A stretch of 64,000 nucleotides of DNA, from contig NIVC01000445.1 of assembly GCA_002269645.1 (NCBI GenBank), positions 434,001 through 498,000 of the forward strand, read 5' to 3'. How positions within the stretch are numbered: position 1 is the stretch's first letter; the number at the start of each line of letters is the position of its first letter. Origin of the DNA: Macrostomum lignano. Taxonomy: Eukaryota. Both the position numbers and the translations under genes were made by a program. The notes under the pieces are model-generated. The model was not told the DNA's origin. It worked only from the letters and a program-made list of their open reading frames with translations, and did no database searches. Of this stretch, positions 49,073-62,140 are shown one piece after another.

Positions 49073-49691
49073 CGCAGAATGTCTGACTGAGAAACTGGAC
49101 TGAGTGGCAAGCAAGCCTTGGAACACGGACTGCTGAAGTAGAAGGACGCTATTATTGTTTGCTCCTGGGAAAATATTATATCGTTCAAAGTTTTAATTAT
49201 AAATATTCACTGGCCTAATGGCTATGATCATTCGAGGGTTTCTTTTGAAAGAGATTACAGCAAGGCAGAGGCGAACACACAAAGGTCCAGTTTGAAAGGG
49301 TTTATCTCAAGAGCTGAGTTCCTTAAGTAGCAAAGCTGCTGATTAAGGTTAGCCAATTGATCGGCAGCTTACCGAACCAAGGAGGGATTTTCTTGCCCCC
49401 TCCCCTGAAGAGAGAGCTCAATGTTCGGAGCAGAGTCTTCGACAAGAAATGGGTAAGATTTCACCGATTAGCTGCTACTTGAGCCTCGAAAGCAGGGTAC
49501 GTTTTTTGTTAATAGTGAGACTGCTGTGCTTCATAGGGCATATAAAGCTTTATAGAGACTGAATTCAAAGCAAGTGAAGCAGTGAGCTGAGAGCACTTTT
49601 GCATTTATACTTGCGTTTGCAACTATTTTGCAGCGCAATCCATCTTCAAGTAGCTGATTTTGAAAATTCACGACTTTTCCGTCCGTGACTA

Positions 49692-50185
49692 ACATGACTC
49701 ATCAGTTCGTGACTAGAATGACTCATCAGTTCGTGACTAGAATGACTCATCAGTTCGTGACTAGCATGACTCATCAGTTCGTGACTAGCATGACTCATCA
49801 GCCCATGACTAGCATGACTCATCAGCCTATGACTAGCATGGCTCATCAGTCCGTGACTAGCATGACTCATCAGTTCGTGACTAGAATGACTCATCAGTTC
49901 GTGACTAGCATGACTCATCAGTTCGTGACTAGAATGACTCATCAGTTCGTGACTAGCATGACTCATCAGTTCGTGACTAGAATGACTCATCAGTTCGTGA
50001 CTAGCATGACTCATCAGTTCGTGACTAGAATGACTCATCAGTTCGTGACTAGAATGACTCATCAGTTCGTGACTAGAATGACTCATCAGTTCGTGACTAG
50101 AATGAATCATCAGTTCGTGACTAGCATGACTCATCAGTTCGTGACTAGCATGACTCATCAGTCTGTGACTAGCAGGACTCATCAC
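49692..50185. repeat. 24-bp minisatellite (ATGACTCATCAGTTCGTGACTAG(C/A))
   Basis: 21 units, 18 with a perfect ATGACTCAT. Confidence 0.95.
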
Positions 50186-50844
50186 CCCATGTCTCATGAA
50201 TTTAATCAAAAATTGGTCACAAGGCTAAAAATATTACCCAGTAAAATTGCTGTCGTTTAATAATCCCCCCCTCGAAGCAAAATTCCGGTCCGCTGCTAGC
50301 AGGCAGCGTTGATGAAAGGTCCTCTACTTTTACTTCGCCTGTGTGTGCAGTTTTGCAGCTGCTTGCTTGGGGGAAAGAAGATTGCTTACCAGACGGCGCG
50401 GCATCCATTAAGTCGCCAGGCTCCAGCCCCTCTCTGAGAGCTCTCGCTCTCTGCCTGTTTCCCCAACACTTTCGCACTTGTCGCTAGTGGTGAGGGAGGG
50501 ACGGTGGACAGGGGGGGGGGGCAGAAGAGCCGCACTCCGGCTGCATCCTGGGAATTCTTTGCAGCAAAAAGGAGGCGGTCAAGCAGCCGTTTCTGCTGCG
50601 GCAGCCAAGCAAAAAACTGGCCCGGGTGAGCTGCGGCCGGCCTGAGATAATGGAGTTCACAGCCGGTGGGGGAGAGGGCATAAACAGCTGAGCAAGCGGC
50701 CATTTCTGCAAAGCTGCTCCAATGCTAGCCTTCAGAGAAGGAGAAAGAGGTGACAGCGTGATAAATAGGACATGGAAAGAGATTTACGAGGGCACCAATA
50801 CCGACGGTGTGCTGACAGTGAAGCATACAAAAAATATGCGAAAA

Positions 50845-51612
<768 letters not shown>

Positions 51613-52477
51613 ACAGATATTCACTGATATCGAAAAGAAGGGAGAGAAAGGAACATATACTGTAATGGCGATGTCGTAGGTTATTAGATAATTTCAAAGT
51701 CCCAAGAGACACCAAGTTCAGTGCGACCGGGGCCAATGAAGCCCATTTGGCTCGTATAACGAGGACTGAGAGCCTTGGGCTATTTTATTGATCTCAGAAT
51801 CAGTCATCGGAGAAAATGAAGGACAGAGTCACTACAGCTACTCGTGCGAGCTGATGGCAATGATTTTAATTCGAGTATGTGACTTTCGGATCGTGACTTG
51901 CCCGTCCCCAGATGACTTTCTGTCTGCGGCCTCTGCATATTCAGTCGAATGCTTTTTGATCAAAATTCTTTTGTCGAACTCGCCTTAGCGCATCCTGCTT
52001 ACGTTCTGCTCTAGCTTTTAATCCGGTCATATTTCAGAAATTCCTATCCTAAATTTTAATAAAAAAAACTATCTTTGGGACCAAAGGGGCGCCGCTGTGC
52101 GCCCGCAGCCCTACGCAAACGAACGCCCAGCCACTGAGAACAGCTTAGAAAAAATTAAAAAAATAAAGAAACTTTCTATTATTTCTACTCAATAATCTGT
52201 TGGGAAGTAGTAACTGTCGCAGATGGTAAAATAAATGGGTTTCTGTCTTACTCGGCATTCAGTAATAATCATTTTAGAAAATGAATCTCTCGAATCGGGT
52301 ATTTCGATGTCAATCAGATTTTCAGTCTTTGCGAGCTTATGCCCAATCTGGTTTTTAGGAAGGCTAAAATAATGATAATTTAAGCCGGGCGAAACTGAGC
52401 AAATGATGAAAGTTCGAACGAAGCCTAATGGATTGAAATCTGATTGAAAATTCAACAAGCCAACAGCCAGAGAGAGA

Positions 52478-52527
<50 letters not shown>

Positions 52528-52769
52528 CCAAAGGCTTCCTGATCAGTAGGGAGCAGCCGATATTTGTCAGCGATTGGGTGGCCCATCGACACTCGCAGAC
52601 AGGAGGAGAGCCGAGCTGTCTGTCATTCTTGGCCAATCCTCAGCCAATGACAGCTGCGCCGTACCCTATCTATAATTCATTAATAGTTTGGGGACAGCGT
52701 TGGCCTACGCAAGGCCACACTGAACCCTCTCTGTAGCCCGTAGTCTCAGGACTCTGTAAGCCACACAGC

Positions 52770-55700
52770 ATGTCAGGCACAGGTGTTCAGCTGCCGTTTT
52801 TTCAACCGTCTCTACAGAAACAGTCAGCTAGCAACGGAACCGTTGTCGGCAACTACAGCATGCCGCCGCTGGACCCTCGCTGGGTGAACTGCTCCCATCA
52901 CTGGAAGAGTCGGACCCATTCAAGCGACACTGCCGCTATGCGTCGGTTTTATGTCTGCATGAACGCCAGCGAACTCTTAGCGGTATTCGATTCGACTAAA
53001 CACGAATTGACTGACACGAGAAATAGGGAGTTCCCGATTCTGGTTGGCATCATCAGCGTCTACGCCTTGTTTATCCTGTTCGGCACATTCGGCAATGGCA
53101 TGGTCATCTACACGGTGCTGAGGAACCGGCACATGCAGACGGCCAGGAACCTGTTCATCGTGAACCTGGCCGTGTCCGACTTCACCCTCTGCGCCGTCAC
53201 GCAGCCGCTCAATATTATTCGACTGTTTCAATACTATGTCGGCTGGCCACTGGGAATGGCATTGTGCAAGATGGCAAACATGCTGACTGGAGTGAACATG
53301 TTTGTGTCTGCTTTCTCCATCACGGCTGTGGCTCTTGATCGGTTCAGGGTGAGTTCTGCTCAATTCGATCATGCTTCCTGCTCTTGTAACTGAAATACAA
53401 TAATAATGATTGATTACACCTGCCACAATGGATGTGCAACCGACAGCTCAGCCGCAGCTATTGCGCGGCGCATCTGAAGGCTGCGTACGGCTGTTCAGTT
53501 CAAGGACTGGGGGGTCGCCACACAGCCTCAATTACCCCAGCTAATGCTGGCACCCATTTTACAGCTGGGTGAACTGAAGCAATGCAGAGTTAAGTGTCTT
53601 GCTCAAGGGAATCGACCCTCCGACCTTCAAGTCATGAGTCCGACGCTCTGTCCGTCCACTGTCCAGTCCTTCAGAGTAAGGCAGAAGTTGTCTTAAAAGA
53701 GAGACACCATCTGTTAATCCGATCTGACAGATACTGCATTCGGTCTAAACTATGGGGCCGTAGCCCAGCGTTCCAGCGCGGCGCTCTGGTGTGCCAGCGG
53801 CCCAGGCTCGATTCCCAGTGCAGTCACATTAATTTGGGGCTAAATTGGAATCTCGGCTTGGCTCTGCTCGTGTAATTCACGGCCTTGAAGGCCAACCCCC
53901 AAGGCACAGTGAAGTGTACATGCCTAACGATAAATAAAGTTAGTGCCGCTGTGCACTCCTGTGTGAGTGTGTGCCTGTGCGTATGACTGCGTACGTATCC
54001 GCGCGCTTGTGTGCTTGCAGCTCATGGGCAGCAATGCCTCTCGCCGGTTGTGTGACAATGTCGCTTAAAGTGCACCAGGGTGCACACAGCCAATGCCTCT
54101 AATAAAAAATAATGGTCGAAACTCTAAGCAGCTACCTATAGATTTGATGGAGCTTCAGTTTAAGCAGCGTCACTTTAGCAATGCATTTTTAGCGAGCAGT
54201 CAGATCCATTCCGCTGCACCTGCACAGCGGCCCTCACTTTCTCATGGTGAAACAGTGTGTGTACACACTTTGTGCTGTTGTGGTTGGCCTCTCATGAGCG
54301 AGAATCACACAAGCTGCAAATTAATGTGGTCGCAGCTGCAGAGCAGAGCTACTCCAGCTCGCACATACCCCCAGTGTACAAGGGATTTAGCAACCTGTCA
54401 GTCAAGAGCCCCACTGTGCGGGTAGCATGAGGCACACACAGCTCCGAGGTGGCTATCAACATTGTGCTTGAGTCTCACCTGCAATACGTGAAGTGTTTAT
54501 AAATGGGAAAGACAGGCAAGGCGCAGAAGTAGCGCGCAGCTTGAAATGGACCAGCAGCTCCCCAGTAAAAATTCAATTTAGCTCAAAAGAAATCGCTGCA
54601 GGATTTGCTCAAAGCCGCTTGCAGTCTGAAAATCTTTAAACCCGCCATTTTCAGGGACTCGGCATTGCGGCTGTCTCCCTCTCCGTCTCCCACTCACTCT
54701 AACACGCGCTCGCCCTCTCTAAGAGTGAGCTGGCCTCATTCCCGGTTGAAATTCAGCTCAAGCCAAAGCCGCTCTTCTGCTCCAACAGAGAAAATAGTGG
54801 GATATGACAGCTGCCCTTCTTCTCCCACACCTCCGCTCGCTCTTTCTGCATGCAGTTCCTCCTCCTTGTCCTCCCAATCAGCGCCCAATTGAACTGATCC
54901 CCAGATCTCTTGGGGTGGCCGAATATCGCAGAATTGTTTCTTAGAACTTCACACCTCCCTCTCCCTAAATGGAGAGCTTGATTGAACTGGACAGACCGCC
55001 TACGCTCAGCCTACAGCGGGTATACTTTCGGCAGAACTAAGACAAGCGCTGATTTGAGTAGCCAACATACTTAAGCCGCGCATATGAGAAGTACAAAATG
55101 GATTTTGAAAAACACACTTCTGCTTGATCGCTACTTGCCAACCTGCGAACGAGAGGACTTCTGTCGGCTTGCTCTCAACTGTCTCGTCTGGCTTTATCTG
55201 AGATCTCAACACGCTTTCATCCTATCCCTCATCTCTCTCATCTAACCAATCTCTTGTCTCTCTCTTTCATCTCTCTAACCTCACTAGTCTCTCTCTTATC
55301 TCTCTCACCTCTCTCACCTCTCTCATCTCTCATCTCTCTCATCTCGTATCTCTCCCTCTCATCTCTCTTACGCTCATTTCCCTCTCATCTCTCTCTCATT
55401 TCCCTCTCATCTCTCTCTCATCTCTCTCTGATCTCTCTAATCTCTCTCTCATCTCTAATGTCTCTCATATCTTTCATCTCTCTCTTTCTCATCTCTCTCA
55501 TCTCTCTCATCTCTCTCATCTTTCTCATCTCTCTCATCTCTCTCTCATCTCTCATCTCTCACCTTCCTCTAATATCTCTTTTATCTCTCATCTCTTTCAT
55601 CCGTCTCATCTGTCATCTCTCTCTCGTCTCCCGTCTCTCTAGCTGCAGTATTGCTGCAGCACCACTCACCCAGTCCGCCTATCAACACGGCCGACTGTGT

Positions 55701-58700
55701 TCCTCGAAAGCATTTCTTTTCTCAACGTTGAGAAGCTCTCGTCAGTCCCGTCGTGATTTGAATGCGCTGTGCATCTGCTCAGCGCCCTCCCACGAGGGTG
55801 GAATCTATTTCGGCTTTATTAAAAGGCAGCTGGGCTCTCATCTCAAATCCACTGCAGAACGTCCAACGTATTTTCCAACTAAATCTCGAATTATTTGGGC
55901 AAGAGAAGGCTTTCAGTCATTTTTTCCGCTCCCATAAGCTGGATAATTCCCGGCGGATATGAAATTTTCTTCTATGAGCGCATCTCGCATAGATTTCTTC
56001 TATAAAAGACTCTCAGAAAGGATTTAAACCCTTGTGTTTTTGTCAGTTGAAGACGAATTTACTCCGTAATTGCTCGCGCGGTCGTGCGCGAGCAAAGCCG
56101 AATCGAGGAACGAAAGGAGGCTGTAATATTTTTCCTGAGAGACAAATTTCGGTACAACAGCAGAAGAAAATAAAGTGAGATTTCTCAAGCAGCTTGTCTG
56201 GAGCATCCCGGACACGGGCTGACTTCTACTTTTTTTCGCCTTAGTCTTGCCCTCGCTACTATCTAAAATGGAGCGTTGGTCACGAACGCCAAGTCTCCGA
56301 GAGCAGCTTCTCCAAGTATCCTTTTAATTAGAAGCAATTGTGCTGCAAAAAAGTTGGAGGAATAAGACGCACCAGAGAGCTCCTCCGGCCAAACAATTTG
56401 TATCAAATAGGATTGCCGATAAAGGAGGCCGTGCCGCGGCTTACACTTGATCCCATCAGCCCGCCGGGCCCCCTCGGGCGGTACATGGTGGACGGGGCGT
56501 TGATTGCATTAGCCTTGACGCTAATCAGGTTTCCCGCTTCCCTGCTTCCTGCTTCTTCCCTGCCTACAGTGAAAGGCAGCTATGCGGTCGGGCAGGGACA
56601 CCTTCAACAAGACCGCATAGTGTCTCGTGGGCAAGTTGTCCTTGGATTCGAGAGCCGCCGTGACACTCCTGATTACGCGACCAACCGAGACAGGCCGCTA
56701 ACTTGATCTGCTTTGCCTTCTTCCTCTCCATTCGATCCACGCTTCTCGTCCCGAGCACGGATACAAAAAGAAAAGAAATTAGTTCAATTAACAACTTTTC
56801 TTCTTGGCAGCTTCTGCTACTAGAGGCAAAGTCTGCGAAATAGCATATACTAGGTGCTGTAGGTGGCCTAGCTGGCGTGATGCTAACGTGACTTAGCAAC
56901 CCGACCCCTCTGCAGACGAGTTTGTTTTGCCGTTTCCGCCCTTGCCGGGTCCAGGATGCACCACACGGAAAGGAAAGATAGGAGATCCTTTTCATTAATC
57001 ACAGGGACTTATTGGTACACTATTATTCCTTTTAGATGAAATGAACGAAGTTCTCTCTCACCTTCGGCGACCTGTCCCCCTTTAACGATACTTCATGGAC
57101 TTAGTGTTAGCGTTATTTTAGGATTTTATTCAGCCAAAAATAGGTCAGAAAGGAGAAAAAGAGTCAGATGGGAGATAAGGACAGAATGGACATAAGGACA
57201 GACAGAAGGGAGATAAGGACAGAAGGCAGATAAGGACAGACAGAAGAGAGAAAAGGACAGAAGGGAGATAAGGACAGAAGAGAGAAAAGGACAGAAGGGA
57301 GATAAGGACGGAAGGGAGATAAGGACAGAATGGACATAAGGACAGACAGAAGGCAGATAAGGACAGAAGGCAGATAAGGACAGACAGAAGAGAGAAAAGG
57401 ACAGAAGGGAGATAAGGACAGAAGAGAGAAAAGGACAGAAGGGAGATAAGGACGGAAGGGAGATAAGGACAGAATGAACATAAGGACAGACAGAAGGGAG
57501 ATAAGGACAGAGGAGAGATAAGGACAGAGGAGAGATAAGGACAGAGGAGAGATAAGGACAGAGGAGAGATAAGGACAGAGGAGAGATAAGGACAGAGGAG
57601 AGATAAGGACAGAGGAGAGATAAGGACAGAGGAGAGATAAGGACAGAGGAGAGATAAGGACAGAGGAGAGATAAGGACAGAGGAGAGATAAGGACAGAGG
57701 AGAGATAAGGACAGAGGAGAGATAAGGACAGAGGAGAGATAAGGACAGAAGAGAGAAAAGGACAGAAGGGAGATAAGGACAGAAGAGAGAAAAGGACAGA
57801 AGGGAGATAAGGACGGAAGGGAGATAGGGACAGAATGAACATAAGGACAGACAGAGGAGAGATAAGGACAGAGGAGAGATAAGGACAGAGGAGAGATAAG
57901 GACAGAGGAGAGATAAGGACAGAGGAGAGATAAGGACAGAGGAGAGATAAGGACAGAAGAGAGAAAAGGACAGAAGGGAGATAAGGACAGAAGAGAGAAA
58001 AGGACAGAAGGGAGATAAGGACGGAAGGGAGATAGGGACAGAATGAACATAAGGACAGACAGAGGAGAGATAAGGACAGAGGAGAGATAAGGACAGAGGA
58101 GAGATAAGGACAGAAGAGAGAAAAGGACAGAAGGGAAATAAAGGCCAGCAGTGCGGGGAAAGGGAGGTAGTAAGGGAGAGATTTCTAAGCTTAATTTCAG
58201 CGGTGATAGTGCTGCAATATTGCAAGAAAGTAGCTCGCACCTCGGTGGGAAGAAAAGTTGCTATCCGCAAAAAGTTTAGATTTCGTGACAAATTAGAACT
58301 CTGAGCCTTGATCCTGACAAGGTTTAAGCGAGTCGAGAAGGCGGCAGGCTAGCACGTGACTCGCCTCAGAAATAAATGGTTAGGATGGGTATACGATCCC
58401 TGCAGCTTCTGTATTGCTGCTTTCAACTCGTCACGCATCTCAGTTTAGGAAAGGCTCAAGCTCTCTCTCGTGCAGAGGAGCTATATTATATGCAATTGCA
58501 GCTAAATTTGACATTTTGGCGACCTAAGCATGATTCTGCGTCTACCTGCGTGTGCGGCCTTTGTGTCTCAGTGTGTCCCAAAATTTTTACATCTAGAGCC
58601 AAATAAAGAGTCTAGATCATTGCTGTGGGTTTAGGTGAGAAAGAAATGGGGAATAGATCAAAGAAAAGAGGAGAGAGGAGATGAGAGATGAGAGGTGAGA

Positions 58701-59944
58701 GGCGAGATGAGAGGAGACGTGAGAGGAGAGAGAAGACAGAAGAGGGGAGAGAGGAGAGGAGACAATAGACAAACGATGAGCAAGCGGATTTAATGGACCC
58801 GAGGGCCGGATAGAGAGGCTTCAAGGCCCCATGTGGCCGGCGGACCGGATTTTGCCGACTCCTGCTTTAATTAAAGTAAATAGAACTAATTTTAGGTTGC
58901 TTTCAACAAAATTTTTAAGGTAAAAATACCTTGACTGACGCAGCGCTGGTTGTGGGACGATTTATCGCCAAAGGCGTTGCGACAGGGTGCCTGCAGCCCT
59001 CCTGCAAATATTTTATTTACTTTTACAAGGCACTCCGCTCTCCCGACTCCGAGCAGGTGATCCTGTACCCGACACGGACCCAGATCAGCAAGACCAACCT
59101 GGCCCTGACCCTGCTGTGCATCTGGGGCTCCGCCTGTCTGGTCGCCAGCCCGCTGGCCGTCTTCGCCACCAACGACTTCAACAAGCTGATGATCCCGCCG
59201 GTGAACCTGTGCATGGAGAGCCCGGAGAGCTGGCTGGTCAAGCTGGTGTACAGCATCGCCGCCATGCTGCTGCAGTCGGTCCTGCCGCTGACCATCGTGT
59301 CCGCGGCTTACGCTGTCATCTACCATCGCATGCAGCAGCGCGCCCGCCAGACCAAGGAGCGGCGCGCCCTGACCGCCGCCACCGGGGTTGCCGCCGAGCG
59401 CGCCGCCGCCGAAGCGATGCGACAGCGCCGGGCCACTGGCCTACTGGTTGCCATCAGCGTCACCTTCGGCATCAGCTGGCTGCCGTTGAGCGTCGGCAAC
59501 GTCATTCACGATTGGCGCTATTTCCGCGCACCGAAGCAGCTCCAGGAGTGGAAGAACGGACCGCCAGCCTCCGAGTCCAGCAGCAACAGCAACATCCTGA
59601 TTGTGGCCTCTCAGTGCGCCACTCTGCTCATCGTGCTGGTGTCCGCCTGTCTCAATCCCATCTTCTACGGCTGGTTCAACGAGAATTTTCAAACGGAGTT
59701 CCAACGGATGCTCTGCTCGAGTCGGCTGGCCGTGGGCAGGTTCAAGTTTCAGCAGCCGCAGACGCAGCAGAAGGAAAAGCAGCAGCAGCAGCAGCAGCAG
59801 CAGGAGCAGCAACCAGAGGCCATTCCACTGGCTTGTCTAGACGCCAATGGCGACGCCAAGGACAGCGGCGACGGCGACGAGGGCGGAAAAGTCCTGCTGA
59901 CCGTGGCGGAGGTGGAGCCATCGCTTGAAAGCGGTTTCGTTTGA
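52770..59944 (+). CDS. Class A GPCR, neuropeptide Y/F receptor-like (488 aa)
   Basis: Exon 52770-53348 (TM1 FGNG, RNLFIVNLAVSD, GWPLG..LCK, ALDRFR; donor GTGAGT) joins exon 59057-59944 in phase 0 (CAG acceptor; VILYPTR, CME, QSVLPL, SWLPL, SACLNPIFYGWFNENF). The NPxxYGWxNxNF and DRF..IL.P motifs are typical of NPY/NPF/PrRP-type receptors. Four N-glycosylation sequons in the N-terminus. Confidence 0.9.
53398..53650 (-). mobile_element. CORE-like tRNA-derived SINE, family B (short-head variant)
   Basis: Reverse complement is collinear with 63353-63621; (ATT)n tail. Confidence 0.85.
53754..54113 (+). mobile_element. tRNA-derived SINE, family A
   Basis: GGGGCCGTAGCCCAG head, B box GGCTCGATTCCC, AATAAAAAATAAT tail, TSD GGTCTAAACTAT/GGTCGAAACTCT (10 of 12). 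Confidence 0.85.
55225..55640. repeat. CT-rich low-complexity tract
   Basis: Degenerate (TCTCTCTCA)n-like sequence. Confidence 0.85.
57165..58135. repeat. 17-bp-core minisatellite (GGAGAGATAAGGACAGA) with higher-order variants
   Basis: Directly visible, in the GPCR intron. Confidence 0.93.
58795..58864 (-). mobile_element. hAT (Charlie-like) terminal fragment
   Basis: Reverse complement CAGGAGTCGGCAAAATCCGGTCCGCCGGCCACATGGGGCC resembles the CAGGGGTCGGCAA..CGGCCCGCGGGCC ends of hAT MITEs; no partner end found. Confidence 0.45.
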
Positions 59945-60071
59945 TTATTAGATCGGTGAAATTTTGCAACCAGAGATTTCTTTCTGTGTCGTATTTTTAT
60001 TTTTGCTTCTGTTTTGCTTTATTTGTAGAATTCTTGTCCAGTTGGTCTGCTGTAAGTATGCGAAGCGAGTA

Positions 60072-60385
60072 AATACTAACTGATTGAACCTGCCCAAATG
60101 GCCAGATGTGCAACCGACAGCTCAGCCGCAGCTATTGCGCGGCGCATCTGAAGGCTGCGTACGGCTGTTCAGTCCAAAGACTGGGGGGGGGGGTCGCCAC
60201 ACACACCCTCAATTACCCCAGCTAATGCTGGCACCCATTTTACAGCTGGGTGAACTGAAGCAGTGCAGAGTTTAGTGTCTTGCTCAAGGACACAAATCGT
60301 TCCGAGTGGGATCGGGATTCGAACACCCGTCCTTTCAGTCGTAAGTAGTCGAGTCCCGGTGTTTTAACCACTGGGCTACAATCCC
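60072..60385 (-). mobile_element. CORE-like tRNA-derived SINE, family B (long-head variant)
   Basis: Head GGGATTGTAGCCCAGTGGTTAA...GTGTTCGAATCCC (A and B boxes), then CCTTGAGCAAGACACTAAACTCTGC...CAGCTGTAAAATGGG (CORE-like) and the shared 3' region. Confidence 0.88.
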
Positions 60386-60526
60386 CTCCAGGGACAACTC
60401 AATAAATATATTGATAAGGCTGGTATCTGTTCTGTTGTTGAATTAACGAACGCAGAAACAAGATAGATAATTATCCGGGCGCTCAGTGGCACCAAAAGAG
60501 GGCTTGGCCAATAGGAGGGCGGCTCG

Positions 60527-60624
60527 TATATTTATGCACGCGGGGAAGGAAAGTTCTAGAAAGACCGGGGAAGGAAACTTCTGGAACTATGCGTAAACAA
60601 GTCCGCGGTGGAAGTTTCTAGAAA
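60527..60624. promoter_or_regulatory. Cluster of three perfect heat-shock elements with a TATA-like box
   Basis: GAAagTTCtaGAA (60549-60561), GAAacTTCtgGAA (60574-60586) and GAAgtTTCtaGAA (60611-60623); ATAAATATA on the minus strand at 60535-60527. The motif match is direct; function is untested. Confidence 0.6.
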
Positions 60625-61339
60625 CGCTGTCCCCGAACTACCCCTACGCATCGCATGCCTTTGCAATACACAACAGTATCTACTCGAGTATTGCGGTTAG
60701 CATAGCACCAATTGATGATTTACCATCATAGACAGTCTCTACACACTGATGGTCTTTTGGCCATAGACATCCACAATTCTCTTTGTAGTCGGCCCTTAAG
60801 CATGTTGAAACAAAGTTGAATCTAGCTTGCTGAGAATGTCTTTGGCCAAAAGCCCATTGATTCAGTGCAAAGACAGCGGATGGGCACGAAATGCGGCTCA
60901 CGTGTGGTTGATGCGCAAAATCTGCTCTAAAGTAAAATTTAACTGTCGCTCCCGTCAAGCAAGTAATTTGTAGCTACCATTATGAGCAAAGCCGTGATTG
61001 TATGGCACGCTTTTAAGCTAGTTCAGATATTAATGTATAATGTATATTAAACATACATTTGCAAATTCACATCGTAAGTACGAGTAGGTACAGATTTTTT
61101 TGTCGAATGTACTGGAGATATAGGTGTTCTGGATTTATTCTGTGTATTGCTAATCTTATGCGCTTAGAAAATGCAAGTTAACAGAAATTGTGCACCCATA
61201 CGCGTAGCTCTTAGTGTTTTCAGATTATATATTGCCTCCTGCCCTGCGTTCCTGTTTTTGCTTGATAAACCGCTTTTTTCAAATAGCACTGCATACTTTA
61301 TATTTGGTTCGAATTGCTTCGCTTCGTGCTTCTCCTGCT

Positions 61340-62140
61340 TTCTTCTCTTTTCTCTCTCTCCTCTCCTCTCTACTCTTCCGCTCTCATCTCTCCTCTCTTC
61401 TCTCTTCTCTCCTATGTCCTCTCTTCTCTACTCTTTCCGCTCTCATCCCTCCTCTCTTCTCTCGTCTCTTGTCTCTCGTCTCTCGTCTCTCGTCTCTCCT
61501 CTCTCCCCTCTCCTCTCTTCTCTCTTCTCTCCTCTGTCCTCTCTTCTCTACTCTTTCCGCTCTCATCCCTCCTCTCTTCTCTCGTCTCTTGTCTCTCGTC
61601 TCTCGTCTCTCGTCTCTCGTCTCTCGTCTCTCCTCTCTTCTCTCCTCTGTCCTCTCCTCTCTACTCTTTCCGCTCTCATCCCTCCTCTCTTCTCTCGTCT
61701 CTTGTCTCTCGTCTCTCGTCTCTCGTCTCTCCTCTCTCCCCTCTCCTCTCTTCTCTCTTCTCTCCTCTGTCCTCTCTTCTCTACTCTTTCCGCTCTCATC
61801 CCTCCTCTCTTCTCTCGTCTCTCGTCTCTCGTCTCTCGTCTCTCGTCTCTCGTCTCTCGTCTCTCCTCTCTTCTCTTCTCTCTCCTCTCCTCTCTTCTCT
61901 TCTCTCTCCTGTCTTCTATTCTCTCCCCTCTCCCCTCTCTCCTCTCTCCTTTCTAATCTCTCTCCTTACTGCTCCTTGCTACAATTATTTTCCTCCGTTC
62001 TGGGTTTGAGATACATCACCCACTCGTATTTCTTATTTATCTCTCCTCTCGCTCCATCTGATCTTTTTCATTCATACCCTCCCTCTCTTGTCTCTCTTCT
62101 CTGACCACTCTCTCCCCTCTTCTCTCTCCTCTCGCCTCTA
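61340..62140. repeat. CT-rich compound low-complexity repeat with higher-order units
   Basis: Directly visible (TCTCGTC, TCTCC blocks). Confidence 0.9.

Noticed and set aside
49692-50185. Hammerhead-like CTGATGAG...CGAA on the minus strand of the 24-bp array
   Set aside because: GAAC instead of GAAA, a mismatched stem II and no room for stems I and III within the unit.
56070-56095. Perfect 10-bp hairpin TTGCTCGCGC/GCGCGAGCAA as a Helitron 3' end
   Set aside because: No CTRR terminus at the expected distance on either strand and no other Helitron evidence.
58987-59928. 313-aa alternative-frame ORF and antisense ORFs over GPCR exon 2
   Set aside because: Expected shadows of a GC3-rich coding exon.
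60300-60385. tRNA-like sequences here and at 33460, 53754 and 63353
   Set aside because: They run straight into SINE bodies and lack a complete cloverleaf acceptor stem.
55254-62104. Leu/Ser-rich ORFs at 55254, 57126-58291 and 61171-62104
   Set aside because: Low-complexity CT/GA repeats that only mimic membrane proteins.
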